From positions 1 through 36,930 of the IMG/VR virus record IMGVR_UViG_3300032225_000824: a DNA stretch of 36,930 nucleotides; one strand, 5' to 3'. The translations under genes and the position numbers were made by a program. Shown here piece by piece: positions 8,413 to 16,352 of this stretch. The notes below the pieces were generated by a model. It did not search any database. It worked only from the letters and a program-made list of their open reading frames with translations, and had not been told where the DNA came from. Source of the DNA: a virus (Duplodnaviria > Caudoviricetes). The stretch's first letter is position 1. Each line of letters begins with the position of its first letter.

Positions 8413-9089
8413 AAAGAGCATTAGTCACTCAGGCGTTCGGAGATAAGTGGGAAGAGCTACTTAAAGTAACGCAGCCAAGGATGGAGGCGTACGCAAAGAA
8501 GTACGCAATTGATTTCATGGCGATCACGAAGCCAGTCACGCAGCCAATCCAATATTCAAAATTGGCAATTGGGAACATCATGCTCGCTCGCGGTTATGAA
8601 CAAGTGACATTCCTAGACGCAGATGTGCTTGTTACAGCCGACTGCGAGGATATTGGAAATCCTGATTCGGAAGGAAGTCAGCATTACTTTTGCGCCTTGG
8701 ATGAGGGCGAGTTCCTAGACAGGAAGAACGGAATGGTCGAGTTGGCCAAAGGATTTGGAGGAAAGATCACGCCGAGGTTCTACGTCAATACTGGCGTATT
8801 CGTAGCGAGCAATAAGTTCCTAGGCTTATTCTCATGCCCACCATTTGGATGTTATCCCAACCATTTTGGCGAGCAGACATGGATGAACGTGCAGGCACAT
8901 ATATGGGGCATGGAGTTGACTCCGCTTGATCCAGCCTATAACTGTATGACAAGCGTCGAAGCGCACTTTGGATTGGATAGGTACAAGGATGCCTACATAA
9001 TCCATTACGCTGGGCAGTCGGCTGATATGGACAAGCTGATCGAGCTGGTTAAGTCCGACGATGCAAAGTTAAAAGAGGCTGGGCGATGA
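8409..9089 (+). CDS. GT-A fold glycosyltransferase (GT8/GT34-like)
   Basis: YSKL, FLDAD (DxD), NTGVFV, EQ..MN, YN, IIHYAG. Confidence 0.85.
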   Translation: MKRALVTQAFGDKWEELLKVTQPRMEAYAKKYAIDFMAITKPVTQPIQYSKLAIGNIMLARGYEQVTFLDADVLVTADCEDIGNPDSEGSQHYFCALDEGEFLDRKNGMVELAKGFGGKITPRFYVNTGVFVASNKFLGLFSCPPFGCYPNHFGEQTWMNVQAHIWGMELTPLDPAYNCMTSVEAHFGLDRYKDAYIIHYAGQSADMDKLIELVKSDDAKLKEAGR

Positions 9090-9307
9090 CTTTCGTCAAG
9101 GTTGTTCCAGAATGCGGACGCTGGAGGATTCACACTCTTGCAGGCAACGTGATTGGTCCGCGCTTGCATGGTGCTGTTCCTCCAGGTGGGTTGCCTCCTC
9201 TGGAAGATTTGTTTGACAATAAGGATGACGCACAGGCTGCTGCCTTACTTTGGAACACATACGCGCATTGGGTTGCCTCGACACGCAAGAAGAAGAAACG
9301 TCGATGA
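9086..9307 (+). CDS. Hypothetical protein, 73 aa
   Basis: ATGA-coupled to both neighbours; basic C-terminal tail. Confidence 0.65.
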   Translation: MTFVKVVPECGRWRIHTLAGNVIGPRLHGAVPPGGLPPLEDLFDNKDDAQAAALLWNTYAHWVASTRKKKKRR

Positions 9308-9621
9308 TATCCACTCAATTCACCAAGGGAGATTATGACGAAAGGCTGCAGCAGCTAGCAGGCGAGGTTGCAATACAGGCTATCCGCGATTTACGCATGC
9401 TCAGAAGGAGGGGGATTGTTATGGGCATGAAGCTTGCACCTGGAGCCAAGCACAAGACGATTAACGATGCATGGGAGTATCGGAATACTTCCGAGATAAA
9501 ACGATTGTTGCGAGACTTTAAGAATGGAACAGTCGGATGGTGGTGCAGGGCTGCAGGGATCAGGATTGACAATAAAACCTTACTCCGAAGAATGAACGAG
9601 GAGAATTATGGGATTGCTTGA
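9304..9621 (+). CDS. Hypothetical protein (~105 aa)
   Basis: ATGA overlap at 9304; LA..V..QA..D motif and WWCRAAG. Confidence 0.65.
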   Translation: MISTQFTKGDYDERLQQLAGEVAIQAIRDLRMLRRRGIVMGMKLAPGAKHKTINDAWEYRNTSEIKRLLRDFKNGTVGWWCRAAGIRIDNKTLLRRMNEENYGIA

Positions 9622-9751
9622 AACCATAGGCGACATGATCTGGGTTGTGACTTGGCTGCTATTTATGCTGGCCGTACTTGTATCGATTGCGCTTGCTGGC
9701 GTGTTTATTGTTTACAAGTTGATTGAATTCATTAAGGAAAATGTGCTGTGA
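9608..9751 (+). CDS. Small single-pass membrane protein, 47 aa (not in ORF track)
   Basis: MGLLETIGDMIWVVTWLLFMLAVLVSIALAGVFIVYKLIEFIKENVL; fills the gap and overlaps the next GTGA start. Confidence 0.65.
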   Translation: MGLLETIGDMIWVVTWLLFMLAVLVSIALAGVFIVYKLIEFIKENVL

Positions 9752-10164
9752 GAAGTTCCAGTGGATTGCACGAAACATATGAAGACATTGCCAATGAAAA
9801 GCGAATTGTGTTGGAGTTTGCCAAGCATTGTGATGGCAAGGCAAAATACATGCCGAAAGCTTACCCATTTGACGCGATGATCCTAAAGGGTGACAAGTAC
9901 GCATTTGTTGATGTAAGGAAGACTGGATACGAAATAGGAAGGTTTCCAACGCGATGCCTGTCGCTGCAAAAGTATATATCCCTAAAGTTATATGCTGCAT
10001 TCGCCCCCACGTTCTATGTGATCGAGTGGGCAGATGCTATTGGGTATTATGAGATAAAGGAGAATAGCAAACTTCCTTTGTTTTACATGTCGAGGGATAG
10101 TGGCGACTCCCGCGACAACGAGCCGTGTGTTGAGATTCCGATTGCAGACTTTAAAAGGTTTTGA
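9748..10164 (+). CDS. PD-(D/E)XK-fold protein, degenerate catalytic motif
   Basis: ET..D..NE, YPFDAM, AFVDVRK (usual ExK position reads DxR), LSLQKY, W.D. Confidence 0.55.
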   Translation: MRSSSGLHETYEDIANEKRIVLEFAKHCDGKAKYMPKAYPFDAMILKGDKYAFVDVRKTGYEIGRFPTRCLSLQKYISLKLYAAFAPTFYVIEWADAIGYYEIKENSKLPLFYMSRDSGDSRDNEPCVEIPIADFKRF

Positions 10165-10382
10165 TGTTACAGTTAAATCCAGAGTTATGGGTGATGACAC
10201 CCAAGGGAGAGGGATTGGCATTCATTGTCACCGACTATGGAATGGATCATAACAAAATATTCACTGTTATGCTGAATTGTGGTGACATCCTAGATTTTGA
10301 CATTAAGGATTGCAGGCGATGCGAGAATCCATCATTCTGCATTAAACCAAATAAGCCACCAATTCCACACTATGAACATTAA
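10164..10382 (+). CDS. Hypothetical phage protein, 72 aa
   Basis: TGATG overlap; LQLNP.L.V.TPKG.G.A....DYG motif, recalled as common in phages (unverified). Confidence 0.7.
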   Translation: MLQLNPELWVMTPKGEGLAFIVTDYGMDHNKIFTVMLNCGDILDFDIKDCRRCENPSFCIKPNKPPIPHYEH

Positions 10383-10545
10383 TGAAAATCAGCATATCAC
10401 AATTGACGGACACAATGTTGCTCCTGGTGATTGGTTCGCCTGTATTGATGATACTCCTGAAACGAGCGCGTTGTATTATCTTGGGAATGATGGCAGGCAG
10501 TATGCGTCCTATTTATCAGAAGCAGTCTTCGTCGGTAAACCATAA
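10372..10545 (+). CDS. Hypothetical protein, 57 aa
   Basis: ATG at 10372 overlaps the upstream gene and fills the gap. Confidence 0.55.
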   Translation: MNINENQHITIDGHNVAPGDWFACIDDTPETSALYYLGNDGRQYASYLSEAVFVGKP

Positions 10546-10565
10546 ACAGAAAGGAAACTAAAACC

Positions 10566-10742
10566 ATGCTAGGTAAAGACGTATCAAAGAACATGCATGA
10601 ATTAGCGATGGACAACAAGAAGAAGGGTAAGGCTCGTGGTGCTGGTGGAGTACCTCGGTCCCGCAATCAGATGATTGCCATTGCGTTGTCAGCTGCTGGT
10701 AAAAGCAAGCCACGCAAGTTCAAAGCTAAGTCTGGAATGTAA
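10566..10742 (+). CDS. Small basic protein, DUF6496-like, 58 aa (not in ORF track)
   Basis: SD AGAAAGGA; MLGKDVSKNMHEL...RSRNQMIAIALSAAGKSKPRK. Confidence 0.7.
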   Translation: MLGKDVSKNMHELAMDNKKKGKARGAGGVPRSRNQMIAIALSAAGKSKPRKFKAKSGM

Positions 10743-10921
10743 TGACTGAAGAGGCAAAATCACGCCTCCAGTGGTCGCGCGATATCCTTCTCATTGCTCG
10801 CGGAAAGCTGGCAGTTGAGAGGGATCGCGTGAGCCATGGCCATGCCATAGATATGATTCAGATCATAACCATGGTGGATGCTGCCGCCCTGATAGCGAAG
10901 GAGATTATTGAAGGTGAATGA
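10742..10921 (+). CDS. Hypothetical helical protein, 59 aa (not in ORF track)
   Basis: TAATG overlap; MTEEAKSRLQWSRDILL...KEIIEGE; its stop overlaps ATG 10918. Confidence 0.65.
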   Translation: MTEEAKSRLQWSRDILLIARGKLAVERDRVSHGHAIDMIQIITMVDAAALIAKEIIEGE

Positions 10922-11684
10922 AAAAACCCACCTCGACTTATTTAGTGGGATCGGAGGATTTGCCTTGGCAGCAAAGTGGAATGGATATAGAACCGTTGGC
11001 TTCTGTGACAACGAACCCTACGCACAAGCAGTCCTCAAAAAGCATTGGCCAGAAGTGCCATGCCACAAAGACATCCGAGAAGTACGAGGCGAGCTATACG
11101 CAGGAGTCACTATTCTCACAGGCGGATTCCCATGCCAGCCGTTTAGCGATGTCGGAAGAAAACGAGGACAAGCAGATGACCGCTACCTCTGGCCTGAAAT
11201 GTTTAGGGTTATATGCGAAGCAAGGCCCACTTGGGTGCTTGGCGAAAATGTTGCTGGAATCAAAAACATGGCACTCGACCAGGCGTTGTCTGACTTGGAA
11301 GTCCAAGATTACGAAGTCCAATCGTTTGTTATTCCAGCTTGTGCCGTCAATGCTCCGCACAGAAGAGATAGGGTCTGGATCTGTGCGATGGATGTGGCCG
11401 AGTCCAAGAGCTTGCGAAATGGAGGGCGGAGTAGTAAGGGCGGAGAACGATGGGAAGGGATGGTACAGAAAGAACAAGAAGGGCGTGAGATGGGGGGTGA
11501 AACTGAAAGATGCCGTAGCAGCACTGGAGAATGGTCAGAAGAATCTGAATCCTCAATTTGTAGAATACTTGATGGGGTATCCAATAGGGTGGACAGATGT
11601 CACGCTCTTGGAAACGCTATCGTCCCGCAAGTCGCGTCAGAAATCATCAGATGCATCAACCAAGTAATGGAGGATAACAAATGA
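10914..11684 (+). CDS. C5 DNA cytosine methyltransferase, alpha-like chain (motifs I-VIII and X)
   Basis: LDLFSGIGG (I), DI, GGFPCQPFS (IV), GENV (VI), PHRRDRVW (VIII), LGNAIVPQVA (X). GTG at 10914 follows AAGGAG; TTG 10908 is an alternative start. Confidence 0.92.
   Translation: MNEKTHLDLFSGIGGFALAAKWNGYRTVGFCDNEPYAQAVLKKHWPEVPCHKDIREVRGELYAGVTILTGGFPCQPFSDVGRKRGQADDRYLWPEMFRVICEARPTWVLGENVAGIKNMALDQALSDLEVQDYEVQSFVIPACAVNAPHRRDRVWICAMDVAESKSLRNGGRSSKGGERWEGMVQKEQEGREMGGETERCRSSTGEWSEESESSICRILDGVSNRVDRCHALGNAIVPQVASEIIRCINQVMEDNK
10918..11667 (+). CDS. Nested +1-frame ORF: putative methyltransferase beta chain (TRD + motif IX)
   Basis: 249 open codons inside the MTase gene, with WPSPRA and LNPQFVEYLMGYPIGWT (motif IX-like). 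The true start could be an internal Met. Confidence 0.65.
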   Translation: MKKPTSTYLVGSEDLPWQQSGMDIEPLASVTTNPTHKQSSKSIGQKCHATKTSEKYEASYTQESLFSQADSHASRLAMSEENEDKQMTATSGLKCLGLYAKQGPLGCLAKMLLESKTWHSTRRCLTWKSKITKSNRLLFQLVPSMLRTEEIGSGSVRWMWPSPRACEMEGGVVRAENDGKGWYRKNKKGVRWGVKLKDAVAALENGQKNLNPQFVEYLMGYPIGWTDVTLLETLSSRKSRQKSSDASTK

Positions 11685-12823
11685 AACTATGGAAAAATAA
11701 CACACCAGCAGTCCACGTTGTGGACGATAATAAACTGTGGCCACGTTGTAGCTACATCCTACCTGACGAGTTGACCAACGCTCCGTTCAACGAGGCGATA
11801 CCTGTTCCACATAAGATCAAGCCATACTATCCAGGCAGGTCTGAAGGTGGTGCGACTGCCTTATACCGAGCTGGAGCAATCGGTGACGCAATCATGGCGA
11901 CTGGAATCGTGCGATACTTGGTAGACACCTCTGGAGGCACAGTCGATATTTATTGCCCTGCTCGCAACATGTCTCTGTTTGCTGGGCTTGGTGCGAATGT
12001 ATATCCACTACCACCCACGGAGGAAGCATGGGATTCATACGATGCGCACGTTGTGCTAGATGATTTATTTTCAGGCAAGGTTGGTGGAACGGAACTAGGT
12101 ACTGGACCTGGCTGCCACTACGACAGGATCTACAATTGGATGGGGGCAGAGGGGATTGTAGCTGATATCACTGGCAGAGCTGGAGATGTTAAGCTTGTCG
12201 ATCCTAAGTACAAGCGTCCGCACCTATACGTTGTCCAACCTGACCATGAGGAGTTGGTGAAGAGTGGACGCTGGCCTTTGCCTAATCCTTACTTCGTCTA
12301 TCACGTTTCGTCATCTGGTCCGACACGCACCTATCCACCGCAGCTAGGTAAGTTGGCGGTGCAGGCGTTACTGGAGGAGTTCCCCAAACATCATGCGGTG
12401 ATCATAGGGCTGGACAGGTCAATTGACTTTAACATCCAGCATCCGCGCATATTTGATTTGTTTAACTCAACCGCAAATGTTCGCACGTTATTCCCAGTCG
12501 TGAATGGTGCTGACTTCGTTGTCGCACCTGATAGCAGCGTGAACCACATGGCAGCTGGTTTGGATACGGCGTGCATATCCTTATGGGGATCGTACGACCC
12601 AATGGATCGCTGCAAGTATTATCCAAAGTCATATCCAGTGTTTGCGCCTGAAGTTTGCCCTCACGCTCCATGTAGACCCCACGGCGCGCTACCACAGGCT
12701 AAGTGCAAGGACGCGAGCAATAAGACGAAAGGCACGCAGTACTGGTGCAACGCACTTCGCAACATCACGGCTGAGATGATTGTGGAGAAAGCGAAGAAGG
12801 CGATGGAGGACGAGAAGGATTAA
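11681..12823 (+). CDS. GT-B glycosyltransferase family 9 (heptosyltransferase-like)
   Basis: R.GAIGD.IM, R.YP, ADFVVAPDS...H.AA.LD...I.LWG, Cys-rich CPHAPC...C...C tail. Confidence 0.85.
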   Translation: MKLWKNNTPAVHVVDDNKLWPRCSYILPDELTNAPFNEAIPVPHKIKPYYPGRSEGGATALYRAGAIGDAIMATGIVRYLVDTSGGTVDIYCPARNMSLFAGLGANVYPLPPTEEAWDSYDAHVVLDDLFSGKVGGTELGTGPGCHYDRIYNWMGAEGIVADITGRAGDVKLVDPKYKRPHLYVVQPDHEELVKSGRWPLPNPYFVYHVSSSGPTRTYPPQLGKLAVQALLEEFPKHHAVIIGLDRSIDFNIQHPRIFDLFNSTANVRTLFPVVNGADFVVAPDSSVNHMAAGLDTACISLWGSYDPMDRCKYYPKSYPVFAPEVCPHAPCRPHGALPQAKCKDASNKTKGTQYWCNALRNITAEMIVEKAKKAMEDEKD

Positions 12824-12826
12824 TTA

Positions 12827-12895
12827 ATCCCCGCATGGTGCGCAGGGAGAGCCTGCGACTGAGGTCTGTTGTGGCTCACATGAAACAAAGGGGAT
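12827..12895 (+). ncRNA. Candidate structured RNA (multi-stem)
   Basis: ATCCCC/GGGGAT closing stem, CATG/CATG, CGCAGG/CCTGCG hairpin, TGAG/CTCA arm; intergenic. Confidence 0.45.
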
Positions 12896-12912
12896 GATTT
12901 AAAAGAATATTG

Positions 12913-12940
12913 TTGCACTTTCATTTTTTATCAGGACAAT
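12913..12940 (+). promoter_or_regulatory. Putative promoter, leaderless, for primase-helicase
   Basis: TTGCAC, 16 nt, GACAAT, 6 nt, ATG at 12947; no SD. Confidence 0.55.
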
Positions 12941-12946
12941 TCCGAA

Positions 12947-13888
12947 ATGATCACACCACAACAAAAAGCAGAATCGGTAGTCGGTAAGGTAGAATGGCAG
13001 TCGGAGAATCACGGATTGTGCCGATGCCCAGGTGAACACTTCCACACCAGCAACACGCGAGTCAGGGATACGACTGTATTCGTTGACTCAGTCCCAACGA
13101 TCTTTTGTTGGCACACCAGCTGTCAGGCAGTTCGCGGTGAGGCTAATTATAAGTTGCGGAAGCTAATTCTAAACGATCCGCTTTACAGGCCGATGCTTGC
13201 ACCGATGTCGACGAGCGGAACTAACCAAATTAAACTCGTAATCGAACGTGATGTTGAGAGTGATATAATCCAGCGAATTGGAGTGATTGCACAATCCAAC
13301 CGAGCAAGATATCTGGCACATTATAAGTGGGACCCAGCTGATATGTTCGAGCAATCTCCTGTTCGTATTGGTGACGCACCATCCGATCAGTACAAAACTC
13401 TGTTGTCGCTGTTTAAGCCTGACGACATTGTCTGGATCGGCGCGGTCAAGGATAGTGGCAATCATCCCCAAAACTTTCGCGCTGCATCCGAATGGTTGGA
13501 GATGAGCGAGCCAGTCGGTCAGTTCATTACTGGATCGGCATTCAAAGCTGGCACGATCAGCAGGGCGAACGAAAACGTGGAGGTGAGAAGATTCCTTGTA
13601 GTCGAGAGTGATGAGTTGTCGAAGGCTGAGATCGGCGCGGTGTTCCAGCTTATGCGCGATTTATTCAAGATGAGGCTTTATGCGGTTGTCGACACGGCAG
13701 GCAAGAGTCTGCATGGATGGTTTGATCCGATGCCTAATCCAGAATGGGAGAAGCAATTGAAAGCGTTCCTAGTTCCTATGGGATGCGATCCAGCGACATT
13801 TAAACCCAGCCAACCTGTGAGGGTAGCTGGAGCAATGAGGGAAGAGAAAACGCAAAGCCTGCTTTGGTTTTGCAAGGAGGGGAAATAA
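12947..13888 (+). CDS. AEP-superfamily DNA primase (RepB'-like) with N-terminal Zn finger
   Basis: CRCPG..H...FCWHTSC; FLVVESD (motif I); VVDTAGKSLHGWF (motif II); D......Q.VR..G. Confidence 0.8.
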   Translation: MITPQQKAESVVGKVEWQSENHGLCRCPGEHFHTSNTRVRDTTVFVDSVPTIFCWHTSCQAVRGEANYKLRKLILNDPLYRPMLAPMSTSGTNQIKLVIERDVESDIIQRIGVIAQSNRARYLAHYKWDPADMFEQSPVRIGDAPSDQYKTLLSLFKPDDIVWIGAVKDSGNHPQNFRAASEWLEMSEPVGQFITGSAFKAGTISRANENVEVRRFLVVESDELSKAEIGAVFQLMRDLFKMRLYAVVDTAGKSLHGWFDPMPNPEWEKQLKAFLVPMGCDPATFKPSQPVRVAGAMREEKTQSLLWFCKEGK

Positions 13889-13889
13889 T

Positions 13890-14906
13890 ATGATCGAGCC
13901 TGCTGTAGCATTAGGGCTGAAGCCTTCGGTTGACCAATGGCCACCGATTAAAACGTATAGTGAATTGCTGACCGATAACTTGAAGGAGCCTGATGTGCTT
14001 ATCGATGGCATCCTGCACCAGGGTGGTAAGCTGCTCCTTGGTGGTGGCAGCAAGGCGTTTAAGAGCTGGAGTCTGATTGACCTCGCGCTGTCGCTGCACT
14101 CAGGCACTCCTTGGTGGGGTCAGAAGTGTACCAAGGCAAAGGTGCTGTTTATTAACTTCGAGATTCAGGAATGGTCGTTCCGTTCGCGACTTGCTGACGT
14201 AATTCACGCCAAGGAACTGCAGGGCAAGGTGGATGACTTCGATGTGTGGACGCTCAGAGGTTACGCTGCCGACTTGACATTGATTCGCCCAATCATCGAG
14301 AAGCATATCGAGGGGCGCGGATATCAGGCGATTATACTTGACCCTAACTACATGTTAATGGGTGACCGCGACGAGAATAGTGCTGGCGATATGGGCGCGC
14401 TTATGAATGAGTTTGAGTATCTTGCCACGCGCTACAATCTGTCGGTAATCCTCTCACACCACTTCTCCAAGGGCAACAAGTCCAGCGCAGAGGCGATTGA
14501 TAGGTTCAGTGGCAGCGGTGTCTTTGCTCGCAATCCAGACTCGCTCGTAGTACTTACGGCACATGAAGAGGATGAGAAGACGTTCACCTGTGAGATGACA
14601 CTGCGCAACTTCCCACCTGTCGATCCGTTCGTAGTGCAATGGAAGTACCCCATGTTCAGCGTAAACTATAACCTGAACCCTGATGAGCTTAAGCAGACTG
14701 GTGGAAAGAAGAAGCTGGTGGGCGATGCAAGGCTCCTAAAAGAGATGGGTTCACGCGAGTTCACGGCCTGCGACCTGTTCCGATTTGTGCAGGAAAAGTT
14801 CCAAGTTTCGGAGTCAACCGCCAAAAGACATGTAAAACGCATGTCTCAGGCTGGCAAGATACTGAAGGAGAATGGGTTATATACCGCTAACCAGTCGGTT
14901 TTTTGA
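13890..14906 (+). CDS. RecA-fold SF4/RepA-like replicative helicase (AAA_25) with probable C-terminal HTH
   Basis: Walker A GGSKAFKS, VLFINFE, IILDP (Walker B), DEN, HHFSK, SGSG...R.PD. Confidence 0.88.
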   Translation: MIEPAVALGLKPSVDQWPPIKTYSELLTDNLKEPDVLIDGILHQGGKLLLGGGSKAFKSWSLIDLALSLHSGTPWWGQKCTKAKVLFINFEIQEWSFRSRLADVIHAKELQGKVDDFDVWTLRGYAADLTLIRPIIEKHIEGRGYQAIILDPNYMLMGDRDENSAGDMGALMNEFEYLATRYNLSVILSHHFSKGNKSSAEAIDRFSGSGVFARNPDSLVVLTAHEEDEKTFTCEMTLRNFPPVDPFVVQWKYPMFSVNYNLNPDELKQTGGKKKLVGDARLLKEMGSREFTACDLFRFVQEKFQVSESTAKRHVKRMSQAGKILKENGLYTANQSVF

Positions 14907-15090
14907 GGTGTCAATTCGCGGTGTCAAAATGGGTTCTTCTACACTAGTGTCATTCCTATATATATAAAGAACCAGAACCCACGGAGGAACCAAGGGAAAG
15001 GGGGACTCCTTAGTCCGTCCCCCTTCCCCTTTCACCTGCGGTGTTCCGTAGTGAATTTTCAAACGAGCGGGACCAGAAAATAAATGACAC
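14907..15090. other. Candidate replication origin
   Basis: GTGTCA at 14908, 14921 and 14947 with an inverted TGACAC at 15085; palindrome ACACTAGTGT; TATATATATA; long hairpin 14992-15031; directly after the helicase stop. Confidence 0.5.
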
Positions 15091-15141
15091 TGCACCGCTT
15101 CCACCGCCTCACCTGCCAAGGCTTGGTGGTGGGGTGGGATG

Positions 15142-15150
15142 TGATACAAT
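15142..15150 (+). promoter_or_regulatory. Extended -10 promoter, leaderless
   Basis: TG-a-TACAAT, 6 nt, ATG at 15157. Confidence 0.6.
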
Positions 15151-15156
15151 CAGCAA

Positions 15157-15300
15157 ATGAACAATTCTAAACCTGGTCTGTATGCAAATATCAATGCTAG
15201 GCGTAAGGCTGGCACTAGTCGTCCTAAATCAAAAAGCACGATCTCTCCAAGAGTGTATCGAGTGATGAAAGCGAAAAAGGGTGGATTCGCGCCACGATAG
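15157..15300 (+). CDS. Small basic protein with GLYANI motif, 47 aa (not in ORF track)
   Basis: MNNSKPGLYANINARRKAGTSRPKSKSTISPRVYRVMKAKKGGFAPR. Confidence 0.75.
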   Translation: MNNSKPGLYANINARRKAGTSRPKSKSTISPRVYRVMKAKKGGFAPR

Positions 15301-15556
15301 AGATCTTCTAAAGCAGGCGCATGTTTTCATTGGCCTGCTACAGAAAGAGAATGCCCAGCTGCACGCAGTACTCAGGCAGTTGGGTCAGCTGGTGGATGAC
15401 ATGGATAACAATTGTTCATACGAGGTGTTTGAGCATGAGTGGGCTGAGATAGCGTTGTCTATGGCCAAGCTATCGAGATTCTTTGCCAAGCATCAAGAAG
15501 ACCTTGCTGCCCTAAAGGATTCCAATATATTCGAAGGAGAGATCGACGAGACATGA
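15281..15556 (+). CDS. Hypothetical coiled-coil protein, 91 aa
   Basis: GTG start overlapping the previous gene; heptad pattern; ATGA overlap with the next gene. Confidence 0.6.
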   Translation: MDSRHDRDLLKQAHVFIGLLQKENAQLHAVLRQLGQLVDDMDNNCSYEVFEHEWAEIALSMAKLSRFFAKHQEDLAALKDSNIFEGEIDET

Positions 15557-15789
15557 GTACACAAGACCTGCCCTGCAATAGTCCTAGGCGCACTCCTGGT
15601 GCAAACAAGAAGTTTGTTGTGAGAGCCTGTCAGAATGGGCAGTCTAAGACAATTAGGTATGGTGACCCTGAGATGACCATTAAGAAGGGTAACCCAGACC
15701 GCAGGCGTAGTTTCAGGGCTAGGCACAAGTGTGATTCAGAGAAGCCTAGCAAGATGACCGCAAGGTACTGGTCATGCAAGAATTGGTAG
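15553..15789 (+). CDS. Small basic protein, DUF6321-like
   Basis: KKFVV.A...K.I.YGD..M.IKK.NP.RR.SFRARH.C...K..A.YWSCK.W. Confidence 0.75.
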   Translation: MSTQDLPCNSPRRTPGANKKFVVRACQNGQSKTIRYGDPEMTIKKGNPDRRRSFRARHKCDSEKPSKMTARYWSCKNW

Positions 15790-15793
15790 GCAT

Positions 15794-15952
15794 ATGAAAA
15801 AAGGCTCTAAAAGGCCACGCAATCGAGCGAGGATGCCTCTAAAACGCGTCGATGCCGACAACCAAGTAGTGGATAGCGGGACAATTAAGAAAAAACCTAT
15901 TATTGATCGTCTACTTGGGAACAGGGCTTGTTGCTGTTTTATTGGCAAGTAA
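15794..15952 (+). CDS. Small basic hypothetical protein, 52 aa (not in ORF track)
   Basis: MKKGSKRPRNRAR...GNRACCCFIGK; starts 4 nt after the previous stop. Confidence 0.45.
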   Translation: MKKGSKRPRNRARMPLKRVDADNQVVDSGTIKKKPIIDRLLGNRACCCFIGK

Positions 15953-16064
15953 TTTCAATTTCTATCCCTTATGGGACAAATTTGGATTTTGTAAATCCTA
16001 GATTTTGAATTTCGGATTTTCCATCCTTATTGGGCAATTTCTGGATTTTCCATCCTTATGGGGG
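15951..16064. repeat. Degenerate direct repeats at the convergence of two transcription units
   Basis: GGATTTTCCATCCTTAT at 16014-16030 and 16043-16059, each preceded by AATTTC and followed by (T)GGG; weaker copies at 15951-15975 and about 15979-15991. Confidence 0.75.
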
Positions 16065-16236
16065 CTTTCTCGGATTCAGTAGACTCTTTCTTGGTGAGTC
16101 GGTATTTTTCCCATCGTGCCATGACCGCGCGCTGCGCTTGTTCCCTAGTTCGAGCCTTGCTAGATCCCTTTACGCTTCCCCCCTTCTTCCCCATTGCGGA
16201 AAAGTACGCTCGAACTTCTTTGGTGAGTTCACTCAT
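16027..16236 (-). CDS. Small basic protein with KGG-like motif, 69 aa
   Basis: YFSAMGKKGGS...KARTREQAQRAVMARW; own promoter. Confidence 0.75.
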   Translation of the reverse strand: MSELTKEVRAYFSAMGKKGGSVKGSSKARTREQAQRAVMARWEKYRLTKKESTESEKAPIRMENPEIAQ

Positions 16237-16242
16237 TTGAAT

Positions 16243-16271
16243 ATATTAAAGATTGGGAAAATTATTAGCAA
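16243..16271 (-). promoter_or_regulatory. Sigma70-type promoter, leaderless
   Basis: TTGCTA, 17 nt, TAATAT, 6 nt, ATG at 16236. Confidence 0.65.
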
Positions 16272-16276
16272 GCACG

Positions 16277-16306
16277 AAAAGCCGTTGGGGTTTGAACCCT
16301 TGGCTC
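16277..16306 (-). terminator. Possible terminator hairpin with T-loop-like cap
   Basis: Minus strand GAGCCAAGGGTTCAAACCCCAACGGCTTTT. Confidence 0.4.
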
Positions 16307-16352
16307 AATCCATCCTACGTTCCCCTCCGTTACGATGGGAAACGAGGAGGGA

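Noticed and set aside
14877-15149. 90-aa minus-strand ORF
   Set aside because: Spans the repeat and hairpin region and has no protein-like features.
15951-16064. Mini-CRISPR array
   Set aside because: Repeats are 17 nt with only ~12 nt of related spacing, and there are no cas genes. The 5259 nuclease is a phage recombination exonuclease.
16277-16306. tRNA gene or attP fragment
   Set aside because: Only a T-arm-like loop; no D or anticodon arm, and no integrase in the genome.
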